A DNA stretch of 64,000 nucleotides from Candidatus Bathyarchaeota archaeon. GTDB lineage: Archaea > Thermoproteota > Bathyarchaeia > Bathyarchaeales > Bathycorpusculaceae. Shown in pieces: positions 8,854 through 18,255 of this stretch (the stretch's first letter is position 1; the number at the start of each line of letters is the position of its first letter). The stretch lies in assembly GCA_963767735.1 (NCBI GenBank), contig CAVYES010000002.1, forward strand, positions 32,001 through 96,000, in the 5' to 3' direction. The notes below the pieces were generated by a model. The model saw only the letters and a program-made list of their open reading frames with translations. It did not search any database and was not told where the DNA came from. A program made the position numbers and the translations under genes.

Positions 8854-9298
8854 TTACTAGACATGCCAATAAAGGATTGCATACAGCACTATTCCTAAAA
8901 ACAGTGAATAAACCAGAATGTTATTGTCCAAAGCATGAACTTTTTTCTTGCAAAACACCCCTCCACATCATGAAAGCGCCAAGAAACAACAAGCCAAAGA
9001 CCAAGTGAAACCGTTAAAGCTCCTGTTACTGCCATAACTAAAGTGACACAACAGACTTTACTCCATATACTTCTGGAACAATAAATTCTGGAAAAATCGC
9101 AAGAACAAAAGAAGGAACCATAATCGCAAACACCATCGACAAATGCAAAACAAGGGCGCTGAACATTGCAACTCCATGCTGCCTAAACTTCTGTTGCCTC
9201 TTCATCGAGTAACCGTAAATAAGCAAAAGCAAAACAGCGATTTGAATGGTTAAACTAGCGGTAGCGACAAGTGCAAAAGGGTTGTTTAAAAGAGACAT
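8854..9298 (-). CDS. DUF420-like multi-pass membrane protein; frameshift near 9040
   Basis: Hydrophobic helices with FRQHG..M..A..LH..MVPSF. The reading continues in another frame to a stop at 8854. Confidence 0.55.
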
Positions 9299-9434
9299 GA
9301 AACTCAGCTAAATAGTTTAAACGGTAAACGTATAAAGTTTTACTTTCACTCACCCCTCCCCTGCTCCAAACATCAGTTTCCTCAACCACCTTAAAAGCAA
9401 TAAATGCTAAAGCAGTATTTCAGAGGTAAGATTC

Positions 9435-9572
9435 ATGGAGCATTGTAAAAATCCTTGGAAAGACGACTGTAAAAGCGAAAACATAAAACTATATATTCAG
9501 ATAAAGGGCGAAAACCTGCCCATCTGTCAACAATGCTGGAGCAAAATAGCTGACCAAGAACAAGAGTGGTGA
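9435..9572 (+). CDS. small Cys-rich (zinc-finger-like) protein, 45 aa
   Basis: MEHCKNPWKDDC...LPICQQCWSKIADQEQEW*, with a GAGGT RBS upstream. Below the ORF-track size cut-off. Confidence 0.65.
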   Translation: MEHCKNPWKDDCKSENIKLYIQIKGENLPICQQCWSKIADQEQEW

Positions 9573-9579
9573 AAAGGCA

Positions 9580-9817
9580 ATGGAGAACTTTAGCATTAAC
9601 AGCGCCAAATCGTACATTGGAAAAAACGTGAACCTGCACTTAAAGGATGGAGCCGTAATAATAAACGTGCATTTAATCGGAATCCGTAAGGGCTCAGGAA
9701 AAAACAATCTCATTGAGTACACTCCGCAGCTAAACCGCAGAAGCACCCGCATACCGTTGCGGGTACGTCGCTTGGGCTGAACTTTTAAATTCAAATTTGC
9801 TGCAAAGAGCCGCCTAA
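9580..9817 (+). CDS. small Sm/SH3-like beta-barrel hypothetical protein; frameshift near 9762
   Basis: YIGKNVNLHLKDGAVIINV...IPLR, then VAWAELLNSNLLQRAA* in a shifted frame. Confidence 0.5.
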
Positions 9818-9869
9818 AATGTTTGCATGCAAGATAAAAGCAAAAATATAACCAGAATACTTCAAGCTT

Positions 9870-10250
9870 ATGCGTTGTTCAAATTGCGGTGTCTGTTGCA
9901 CAGAAACTGAAATGCTTCTATCTGAAAAAGACATCACTCGCTTAGAAAAGAAAGGCTTAAGCAAAAGCTGCTTCGTGAAATACGACAAGCAAGGCTACGC
10001 GCAACTCAAAAACCGAAAAGGCTACTGCGTTTTTTACGATGCAAAGAAATGCCAATGTAGTGTTTACACTGATAGACCCTCAGGCTGTCGAGTTTACCCT
10101 GTTATATTGGATGAAGAAAAAGGGATAGTTTTAGACGAAATCTGTGATTCAAGGAACACAATTACATTAAAAGAAAAAAAAACGAAGGGCAAAAAAGTAA
10201 TCAGGCTTTTAGAGAGAATCGATAACGAAGCGGCAAACAGGCGCTCTTAG
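9870..10250 (+). CDS. YkgJ family cysteine-cluster protein
   Basis: CSNCGVCC...CVFY...CSVYTDRPSGCRVYP. Confidence 0.9.
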   Translation: MRCSNCGVCCTETEMLLSEKDITRLEKKGLSKSCFVKYDKQGYAQLKNRKGYCVFYDAKKCQCSVYTDRPSGCRVYPVILDEEKGIVLDEICDSRNTITLKEKKTKGKKVIRLLERIDNEAANRRS

Positions 10251-10441
10251 CTCGTTCGAAAAATAAGTTTAGGTCTTGCTGCTTTGTGCAAGTTTGCATT
10301 GAGAACAAGTTATTTTTGTGTCTTTTTTATCCTCAGCTTCTTTCCTTGTTATTACGCTGGTGCTTACGAGCTTGCTACAGCAATCACAGAAAAATTGTAC
10401 TTCAGCAACACGGTCGTTAGATTGAAGAACCTTAATAACCA

Positions 10442-10591
10442 CTATTGTTTGCCTTCTTTAGCACCTTTATCCTTAGCAAGCAAGAATTCAACGTATTCTC
10501 TCATATTACGGTTTGATTCTTGGGCTCTTTTTTTAAGGTCTTCGTGAACTTTGTCTGTAACAGTTATGCATTTGTATCCTTTTCGCGGCAA
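10442..10591 (-). CDS. small ribbon-helix-helix-like DNA-binding protein (49 aa)
   Basis: TTG start; MPRKGYKCITVTDKVHEDLKKRAQESNRNMREYVEFLL. GAGGAG RBS and TATA (ATTATATA) lie upstream. Confidence 0.7.
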   Translation of the reverse strand: MPRKGYKCITVTDKVHEDLKKRAQESNRNMREYVEFLLAKDKGAKEGKQ

Positions 10592-10892
10592 AACGAACAA
10601 TCTCCTCTTCCGTACTTTACCGTACTATAGAATATATAATTAACGGTCTCCTCCCTATCGTTAAACCCTATAAGAAGGGTCTATGTAAAGAGCGCTTAAA
10701 CCAAATTGTAAATTTCTGGTCCTAGCAAAAGCTGGTTGAATGCTTAATAGTTTTATCTTTATTTTTGCATATAATGTTTTGATTTGGCATGGCCATTCAT
10801 AGTCTGCTAACTCGCTTTGCCATTAAGTTTCTCGGGTTTAATTCAATAAGTTTATTAGTTCTGTACGTCCAAAGTGGAACTCGGGGAACAGT

Positions 10893-11114
10893 GTGAACAG
10901 GGGACAGGCGATAACTCTGCTAACGGATTTATGCTTAAAAGAGAAGATAGTTCAACCGAATTTCGTTATTATCGAACAGCGAGGACCCGGACCGACGCAT
11001 ACCAATTGAAAATTAAAGAGATATTATGACAGCGAATCAGTTAAGAAGTTTGTTCAAAAAAAGAATTTTTCAGTCGAAGAAGACAAAGATAAAAATTATT
11101 TACTTATTTTTTAA
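10893..11114 (+). pseudogene. small hypothetical protein, frameshifted
   Basis: MNRGQAITLLTDL...QPNFVIIEQRG / DAYQLKIK / YDSESVKKFVQKKNFSVEEDKDKNYLLIF* read in successive frames. Confidence 0.45.
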
Positions 11115-11382
11115 TTCCTTACTTTTGAGAAGAGAGCTTTCTCAGAGGAATTCTAAAGTTTATTTTAAAAACTTGGTTAACTGAGAAAATGAGTGCTGAA
11201 AAATGAGCGACCAAATAAACCCCAAAAACTTGCGCAATTTAGTTAAACTGCGAAAATCTATCTTATCATTACCTTAACGGTTTAACCATATCTCTATAAT
11301 TACTTATACAAGTCAGCGCTTTTACCGCATGAGTTATATAAATGTACGTTCGCTAACTATAATTAATTAAGAGGGAAACAAA

Positions 11383-11577
11383 ACGCCGAAAAAAGGCTTT
11401 AAAAGCATCACCGTAAAAGCTGAGGTGTACGATTACTTTTTTAACGAGTGGCTAAAGGTCAAAGAGGAATATGCAATTAAAAAAGGCATTCATAGCTTCT
11501 CAGCCTACGTTACATATCTCTTAGCTGAACTGATAAACGAAGAAAAGAAACGAAAAAGTGAAAATAAGCATTGTTAG
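11383..11577 (+). CDS. small RHH-like DNA-binding protein, apparent ACG start
   Basis: (T/M)PKKGFKSITVKAEVYDYFFNEWLKVKEEY...SFSAYVTYLLAEL. The N-terminus is paralogous to 10442-10591. GAGGG RBS and TTATATA box upstream. Confidence 0.6.
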   Translation, partial: TPKKGFKSITVKAEVYDYFFNEWLKVKEEYAIKKGIHSFSAYVTYLLAELINEEKKRKSENKHC

Positions 11578-11631
11578 AAGCCCTACATCTTTAAATAATT
11601 CTTGAGATGACTTGTCAACGGTGAAATTGAA

Positions 11632-12633
11632 ATGCCATGCACGGTAATTGTCGGTGCCTTCTGGGGAGACGAAGGCAAAGGAAAAATAATCTCATATTTA
11701 GCCCTCAAAGACAAACTTGATTTCTGCGTCAGAACAGGCTCAGTAAATGCAGCACACACCGTATGGTACGAAGGCAAAAAATACGCTCTGCACATGGTTC
11801 CTGCAGCCTTCTTAAACCCTCAAACACGACTACTCATTGCAGCTGGTGCGAACATCCATGTTCAGAAATTTTTTGAAGAAGTAGAACTCACAAAGGTGCA
11901 GGGTAGGATAGGTGTAGATCAGAACGCTTCAATAATTGAGGAAAAGCACAGCGCCCAAGACAAAGCAAGCGCCGTCAACAAAGGCATTGGAACCACAGGT
12001 TGGGGTGTTGGACCAGCAATTGAAGAACGTGTCCGACGGACAGCAAAACTAGCCAAAGACATCCCTGAGTTGAAGTTGTACCTTGCTGACCAAGTGAGGG
12101 AAGTAAACGATGGCTTAGATGAAGGCAAAAAAGTGCTTCTTGAAGGCACTCAGGGCTTCATGCTGTCACTGTTTTTGAGCGGCGGCTATCCATACGTTAC
12201 TGGAAGAGATACGGGCGCATCAGCTATCGCTTCAGAAGCAGGAGTTGGACCAACAAGAGTTGACGACGTTCTAATTGTTTACAAATCGTTTATAACACGA
12301 GTTGGCGCCGGACCGTTACCTGGAGAAATAACAAAAGAGGAAGCGCAGAAAAGAGGCTGGTTTGAAGTGGCCGCTGGAACAGGCAGAGACCGACGCTCAG
12401 CACCATTTGATTTCGATTTAGCAAGGAAAACTGCTAAGATAAACGGTGCCACACAAGCAGCAATGACAAAACTAGATAGCCTTTTCCCAAACTGCAGGGG
12501 TGCCAAAAAATACAGTGACCTGCCCAAAGAAGCAAAAGACTTCATACAAGAAGTTGAAGACAAAACAGGAGTGCCGGTCGATTTAATAGGCACAGGACCA
12601 GAGGCCATGGAGATCATAGACCGCAGAAAATAG
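11632..12633 (+). CDS. purA: adenylosuccinate synthetase (short archaeal type)
   Basis: GAFWGDEGKGK, NAAHT, GIGTTGWGVGP, LEGTQG, YPYVT and TRVGAGP. Confidence 0.97.
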   Translation: MPCTVIVGAFWGDEGKGKIISYLALKDKLDFCVRTGSVNAAHTVWYEGKKYALHMVPAAFLNPQTRLLIAAGANIHVQKFFEEVELTKVQGRIGVDQNASIIEEKHSAQDKASAVNKGIGTTGWGVGPAIEERVRRTAKLAKDIPELKLYLADQVREVNDGLDEGKKVLLEGTQGFMLSLFLSGGYPYVTGRDTGASAIASEAGVGPTRVDDVLIVYKSFITRVGAGPLPGEITKEEAQKRGWFEVAAGTGRDRRSAPFDFDLARKTAKINGATQAAMTKLDSLFPNCRGAKKYSDLPKEAKDFIQEVEDKTGVPVDLIGTGPEAMEIIDRRK

Positions 12634-12779
12634 CACTTTTATTAATTTTTCCAATTTGAACGTACGTTCGCAATGTAGCCTGTACCAGAACAGCACTCAA
12701 AAATGGTGCACGGCTGAGCATTTTTACTCGGTTAAGTAATTGTCTTTGCTGAACAGGTAGCTCAAATCTATTTTGCTAA

Positions 12780-13049
12780 TTATGTTGATCGTGTTTTTAT
12801 CGCTTCTTTTTCACGCCTTATGTCAAAATGATCTCTTTCTACAGCCTGATTAACTATGGTTCGACAATAGCATTCTGAACAATAATGCTTTTCATCAATT
12901 TCATAAAGCGTGGTTGACACAGTACCAATCGGTTGATTGCAACTTGAACACAGTATAAACTTTTTTTCTCCGTCACCCGTTTTTTGGCTCGGTTCCGTTT
13001 GTGTTCCAAAAACATTCGTTTGTTTGAAAAACTTATTGTCCCAACTCAC
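12780..13049 (-). CDS. hypothetical zinc-finger protein
   Basis: CSSC...YCSEC pairs; GGAG RBS upstream. Confidence 0.55.
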   Translation of the reverse strand: MSWDNKFFKQTNVFGTQTEPSQKTGDGEKKFILCSSCNQPIGTVSTTLYEIDEKHYCSECYCRTIVNQAVERDHFDIRREKEAIKTRST

Positions 13050-13303
13050 AATTTCATTCTCCTTAAATTGAGACTAGATATTTATCACATGATTAATTAA
13101 AAAGCTTTTTCATTTTCTCCAGATAAATCAGCTTCTGCGTCCATAAGCAGATAAAAAAGAGGTTGAAAAGGAAGTTGGCTAACGAAATAGCTTCCTTTTT
13201 GATTGAAGAATAAATAAAAATGGTTCTGAAGACCCGAAAGCAACCTGAAAATTTGCCTTCATCTAACACTTTTTATGCTGGCATAATCATAATTTAAACA
13301 GGC

Positions 13304-13942
13304 TTGCTTTTAATGACGGTAAAGGAAGCATTATCTAAACTTCAAAGTTACTCCCATGAGCTTGGGCTCGACTTATCTAAACCTGAGGATAGGTTTAAAT
13401 GGTTCTTAGCCTCGGTTCTTTTTGCCAAAAGAATCTCAGCTCAAACCGCTAAAGAGACTTATCTTTATTTTGAACAAGATGAGCTGACAAGCCCTGATGC
13501 CATATTAGAAGCCGGATGGGATCGCCTCGTGGAAGTTCTTGATTCTGGCGGTTACACTAGATATGACTTTTCAACAGCCACAAATCTTCTGGGAATCCTA
13601 AAAAATCTTAAAGAAAAGTACGGTAACCTCGAACGGCTCAATGGAGAATCAAGCAGTCCCGCAGATTTGGAGAGGCGCCTGCAAGAGTTCAAAGGAGTTG
13701 GTCCCGTAGGAGTAAACATATTCCTAAGGGAACTGTGGGGAATCTGGGTAAGAGCGAAACCGAAGCCTTCCCCAATGGCAGTTGCTATGGCACAAAAGAT
13801 TGGTCTAAACTCGGAAGATGTGGAACGCTATGAATCCCAACTTGTTCGCTTAAGTCTTGAGTACTGCAAGAAACATCGAACCTCAGAATGCCCCCTTCAA
13901 GACAAATGCCCTGACAAGGTAGGAACTAGAACCGCCAATTGA
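13304..13942 (+). CDS. HhH-GPD superfamily (endonuclease III-like) protein
   Basis: KWFLASVLFAKRIS, GGYTRYD, HhH LQEFKGVGPVG and a C-terminal Cys cluster. Confidence 0.8.
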   Translation: MLLMTVKEALSKLQSYSHELGLDLSKPEDRFKWFLASVLFAKRISAQTAKETYLYFEQDELTSPDAILEAGWDRLVEVLDSGGYTRYDFSTATNLLGILKNLKEKYGNLERLNGESSSPADLERRLQEFKGVGPVGVNIFLRELWGIWVRAKPKPSPMAVAMAQKIGLNSEDVERYESQLVRLSLEYCKKHRTSECPLQDKCPDKVGTRTAN

Positions 13943-14056
13943 ATTTGCTATAACAGTTAGGGAAATTGAGGGGAAGTCGAAATTTTTGAATAACAATCTA
14001 AATAAGGGTATTTATTTTAGAGTAACATTGGAAATTGCCTGATAAGCTGTGAATGA

Positions 14057-14755
14057 ATGAGTAGGAAAACGATTTATTTTCAGCATAGTTTTCTGTTCTT
14101 CGCAGTTTTACTAGCGTTATTGCTTGTTGTTGTGGGCTTAGTTTTTTTTGGAGCCATAAGTATTGCGTTCAAAAATATTGGTTTCACTCCTTTGACTATC
14201 TTTCTGATTTTAGTCGGAACTTTGATTGGCAGCTTCATCAACATTCCGTTAGTTAAACTAAAAACAACCATACCCATGATCCGAGATGAAACCGTCAACT
14301 GGTTTGGCATAACGTACCGCATCCCTCAAGTTGAGTATGGAGAAACCGTCACATTAGTTGCAGTTAACGTTGGGGGCGCTTTGATACCAACCGGCGTCTG
14401 CGTTTACTTGCTCATCAAATCGGCACCCTCAATGATTTTCCTCTGCCTCATCGGCGTATTAGCGGTTGCATTTATAACGCATTTAGTGGCCCGACCAGTA
14501 AAAGGCGTAGGAATAACCACTCCAATATTCATTCCTCCAATAGCCGCAGCAGTAACCGCCCTCATTCTTTCACCTGCACATCCAATAACAATCGCCTACG
14601 TGTCAGGAGTACTTGGAACACTCATAGGCGCTGACCTACTGAACCTTCGAAAAATACCTAAGCTGGGTGCACCAGTTGCGAGCATCGGCGGAGCAGGCAC
14701 CTTCGACGGCGTATTCTTAACAGGCATAATCGCTGTACTTCTCGCCGGATTGTAA
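14057..14755 (+). CDS. DUF1614 membrane protein
   Basis: GSFINIP, AVNVGGALIP, GTLIGADLLNL and SIGGAGTFDGVFLTG. Confidence 0.9.
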   Translation: MSRKTIYFQHSFLFFAVLLALLLVVVGLVFFGAISIAFKNIGFTPLTIFLILVGTLIGSFINIPLVKLKTTIPMIRDETVNWFGITYRIPQVEYGETVTLVAVNVGGALIPTGVCVYLLIKSAPSMIFLCLIGVLAVAFITHLVARPVKGVGITTPIFIPPIAAAVTALILSPAHPITIAYVSGVLGTLIGADLLNLRKIPKLGAPVASIGGAGTFDGVFLTGIIAVLLAGL

Positions 14756-14881
14756 AGACGAACTTGCTGCTTTGAGAGCCTGCGGAAACATCAACAGATT
14801 ACGTGGATCAAACCAATAATAGAGAAACTTAAAAAAATGAAAGCAATTTCAATCAAGTGCTTTTCCTAAACCATTCACCAA

Positions 14882-15770
14882 TTAATGAAGGGGAAGAATT
14901 ACCAGACCTGTGATTAATCCGCCTGCTAACCCTAGCATAATTGGGAAAGGCAAGCCAGGAAAGATTCCTTTTCGCTCAAGCATGAAAAACGTTATGATTG
15001 AACCTGCCATAATGCCCACTATTGATACTATGCACGGTAGAATACTGGGTAAGAAACTGAAGAACATGGCTCCAGTCAGCATGGAGTAGAACACTAAGTC
15101 GCCCAGCCCCATCTCAATATCTTTAAAGGCGAAGCTCAAACCCTGAAGCTGTTCCATGCCCCCTGAGGACTGAGCAATTTTACCCACTGGACCACGATAA
15201 ACCGCAAACACATCATACGCTGCCAAAAACGCCAAAATCAACACTGCACTCCACAGTCCGCTATATAGTGAAATTTCGAAGCCGAAGAAGATACCTAATG
15301 CACCACCAATCCCGACTACTGCTAAGTTTCTCGGTATGCTGCCGAAACGGAAAATCGCAAGGTCAAACAGAACTGTTATGGCTAAGCAGGAACCTATTAG
15401 TACGGGCAAAATATCCAAATTTGGAAAATAAGTGGAAAAGATTGCGTTCAAGTATTCCAGCGACAACAACAAAGACGCAGCGGTCATGGCAACAACAATT
15501 AATCCTTTGATGATATTTTTGCTTCGCCGCTTAATTAAAAGATAAAAAACTACTGCACTTATTGCACACAATAACAACAAAGTAGAGGGCATTGGCCAAC
15601 GGTGCTGCAGGAGTGCTGTTAGGAATAGGCGTAACTGGGATTGCCGTTGAGCGTATCGTTGGCGGCATCAGCAGGTAAGCGCAGCCTAAACCGAAAACAA
15701 GGCTTGCCAGTATCGGAACCAAATAAACAATTTGAAACTTGAACTTGTCCAGTTTATCCTGATCAGACAC
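14882..15770 (-). CDS. presenilin/SPP-family intramembrane aspartyl protease; frameshift near 15570
   Basis: AAYDVFAV, MGLGDLVFYS and PGLP motifs. The N-terminal part is in ORF 15531-15770. Confidence 0.88.
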
Positions 15771-15776
15771 AGGTAC

Positions 15777-16328
15777 TTACCCTAAATTGTTAATAGCTAA
15801 CGCCGCTTGCAAATAACATTCGTCACACAATAAGCTTTGCTTTTTATCTGTATCAAAAATAGAATTAGAAAAATGCATAACACAAAAGCTTCTCGGACAA
15901 TGCGGCAAACCCAACGTGTGCCCCAACTCGTGAATGGACTCTTTTAAAGCCCGCAACATAAAAACATTCTCGCCTGCATTTTCACCGTAAAACTTTGGCT
16001 TAAGTCTCCATAACGAAATCAAAGCAGCCCTCCCAGGTGTGTATGCTTCACCAAACACATAGTTCAATTCAGGCACAAAAATGTCAATATCAACTACGCC
16101 CAAAATCCCCTGAAACTTCTCGTGTTTAGAGGCGTAAGCCCTGATTTCATTAAGAATCAAGCTGGAACTATACTGGTTACGTTTCTTATTAAAAGCCACT
16201 TTGGGAACAGGCAAACTTTTCGTAATAATCATGCAAGAGGTATCAGGAAAAGTTTTAACTAAACCCTGCTGTAGCCCAACCAGCACTTCAGGAGCTATTT
16301 CTCCAACAGGCAAAATACCAATCTTCAT
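15777..16328 (-). CDS. amzA: archaemetzincin (M54 zinc metalloprotease)
   Basis: HELGHTLGLPHC...CVMHFSNS..DTDKK..LCDEC. Start placed at MKIGIL. Confidence 0.93.
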   Translation of the reverse strand: MKIGILPVGEIAPEVLVGLQQGLVKTFPDTSCMIITKSLPVPKVAFNKKRNQYSSSLILNEIRAYASKHEKFQGILGVVDIDIFVPELNYVFGEAYTPGRAALISLWRLKPKFYGENAGENVFMLRALKESIHELGHTLGLPHCPRSFCVMHFSNSIFDTDKKQSLLCDECYLQAALAINNLG

Positions 16329-16338
16329 AACAAACAGC

Positions 16339-17595
16339 CTATATCTCGTAGGTTTCTCCAGTTCTCGGGGCAACAGCATCCAACCCTAACTCAGTTTTCG
16401 CCCAATTCGCCAAAAGTTCACAGTTACCCTCGGCGCCGTGAACACAGAAAACTTTAGGTTTACCTCCAAGCCGCCGCAGCCCTTCCTTGAGCTGGCTTGC
16501 ACCGCAATGGGAAGAGAAATCAAAATGGCGATACTGCGCCTTAACCTTGCTTACTTTTCCATCAATCGTGGTGACTCCTTTATCCATTAGTTGTTTGCCA
16601 GGTGTCCCCGGAATCTGATAACTAACTAGGAAAATGGAGTTATTTGCCTTCTTAGCTATCTTTGAAAGATAAAACTGTGATGGACCACCCTTCAACATCC
16701 CTGCAGGCGAAATAACTAGCCCCGGATCCTTTGCGGCTCTTCGCCTATCACGCCAGCCATCAACCCAATCCAGCGAGTGTATAGCATTCACAAAAAGCCT
16801 CGGGTCCCTTAGGAACTCTTTGTGATCCATGATTATTCGGCTAGCTTCCCGAGCCATCCCATCCAAAACGACGGGATATTCAAAATGATGCGCCGCCAAA
16901 ACACAAGCAATCTCCTGCGCGCGCCCCACACCGAACGCCGGCACCAGAACAGTTCCGCCTCGCTCAACCACCTCAGTCGCCGCCTCAACAAAATTCTTCT
17001 CAAGCTCGGGGCGAGGCGTATGATCTTCACTTGCATAAGTGCTTTCAGTGACAACTGCATCTAAATCTCCATAATCCATCGTTGCGCCCTTTAGCAATTT
17101 GCTGTCTTCCATGTTGTAGTCGCCAGTAAAAAGAATTTTCTCGCCATCTGCCTCAATAAGCACCTGAGCGCTCCCAGGCGTATGACCAGCATCGACCAGT
17201 TTAACCTTCATGTCACCGATAGCTTCTTCGACACCAAAATCTAAATGCCTATTGTTATGCATCATGGCGTCAAGCTCAAGATACTCAAAAGGCAAATAGT
17301 AACCAGACAAATGAATAAAATCTTGAACCAGAACCTGCGTTAACTCCAAATTAAGCCTGTTCGTGTACAGCGGCTTCTTATCGTTAATATAAAACATCGG
17401 TATAGCACCTGAATGGTCAAGATGGCTGTGAGTTAAAATTATCCCGTCAACTTCCTTCGGCGGAACATGCATTGGAAACCCCGGCTCATGGTCAAGCATG
17501 ACACCGTAATCCATCACGACCTTACTTTTCTGTGACTTAACAGTTATAGCCATTCTGCCAACTTCTCTTGCGCCGCCTAAAAATCCAACCTGCAA
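16339..17595 (-). CDS. metallo-beta-lactamase beta-CASP ribonuclease (aCPSF-like, no KH domains)
   Basis: LGGAREVGR, THSHLDHSG, AGHTPGS, TGD, ESTY, FGVGRAQE and FSSH. Confidence 0.92.
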   Translation of the reverse strand: MQVGFLGGAREVGRMAITVKSQKSKVVMDYGVMLDHEPGFPMHVPPKEVDGIILTHSHLDHSGAIPMFYINDKKPLYTNRLNLELTQVLVQDFIHLSGYYLPFEYLELDAMMHNNRHLDFGVEEAIGDMKVKLVDAGHTPGSAQVLIEADGEKILFTGDYNMEDSKLLKGATMDYGDLDAVVTESTYASEDHTPRPELEKNFVEAATEVVERGGTVLVPAFGVGRAQEIACVLAAHHFEYPVVLDGMAREASRIIMDHKEFLRDPRLFVNAIHSLDWVDGWRDRRRAAKDPGLVISPAGMLKGGPSQFYLSKIAKKANNSIFLVSYQIPGTPGKQLMDKGVTTIDGKVSKVKAQYRHFDFSSHCGASQLKEGLRRLGGKPKVFCVHGAEGNCELLANWAKTELGLDAVAPRTGETYEI

Positions 17596-17612
17596 TCAAA
17601 CCAATCCTTGTG

Positions 17613-17630
17613 TTAACAGTTAACGGTTAA
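17613..17630. promoter_or_regulatory. two overlapping TTAACnGTTAA palindromes
   Basis: TTAACAGTTAACGGTTAA lies in the spacer upstream of the beta-CASP gene. The motif recurs in other intergenic regions. Confidence 0.45.
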
Positions 17631-17647
17631 AAATGAACTGTGCTGTT

Positions 17648-18253
17648 TTAAATATGTATTGACCCTCTTGCGGCCTGTGCTAATACTGAACCCTTCTTAA
17701 TCGCCCTTAAAACGGCGTCAACATCTAAAGAAGCATCAATCTTCGAGCAAACACTAAACAACTCTGACAATTGATGAGCATCGCTACCAGCTGTACCAGG
17801 TAAACTCATACTTTTGGCAAGCTCCTTGGCCTGGTTATTTGCCACTGCCGTTGACCCGCCATTTAAGACCTCAATTGCGTCGACCTTGTAGTTTCTCGCT
17901 AAATCGCCCATGCCATACACACGATAAGGATGCGCCACAATAGAAACCCCGCCTATGCTTTTTGCGTAATCAACCACACCTTCAGGCTTCCAAGGTCTCG
18001 GCGGCAACTCCTCAGCGCCCAAAACCAACATATCGCCTTGTGGCGTGCTGATTTCGACGCCTGGAATAATCAAAATGTCAGTATAAGCCGAAGCCAACTC
18101 AACCGTAGCCTTGCAGCCTCTTACGCTGTCATGATCGGTTACAGCTGCAACCTTAATGAAACTGTGAGCTACAAGCTGGTCAACCAAAGTTTTCGGCTGA
18201 ATAAGGGAATCACTAGAATAAACAGTGTGAATATGTAAGTCAGCTTGAATCAA
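17648..18253 (-). CDS. PHP-domain phosphoesterase
   Basis: DLHIHT, TDHD, GVEIS, AHPY and GSDAH. Confidence 0.92.
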   Translation of the reverse strand: MIQADLHIHTVYSSDSLIQPKTLVDQLVAHSFIKVAAVTDHDSVRGCKATVELASAYTDILIIPGVEISTPQGDMLVLGAEELPPRPWKPEGVVDYAKSIGGVSIVAHPYRVYGMGDLARNYKVDAIEVLNGGSTAVANNQAKELAKSMSLPGTAGSDAHQLSELFSVCSKIDASLDVDAVLRAIKKGSVLAQAARGSIHI

Positions 18254-18255
18254 GG

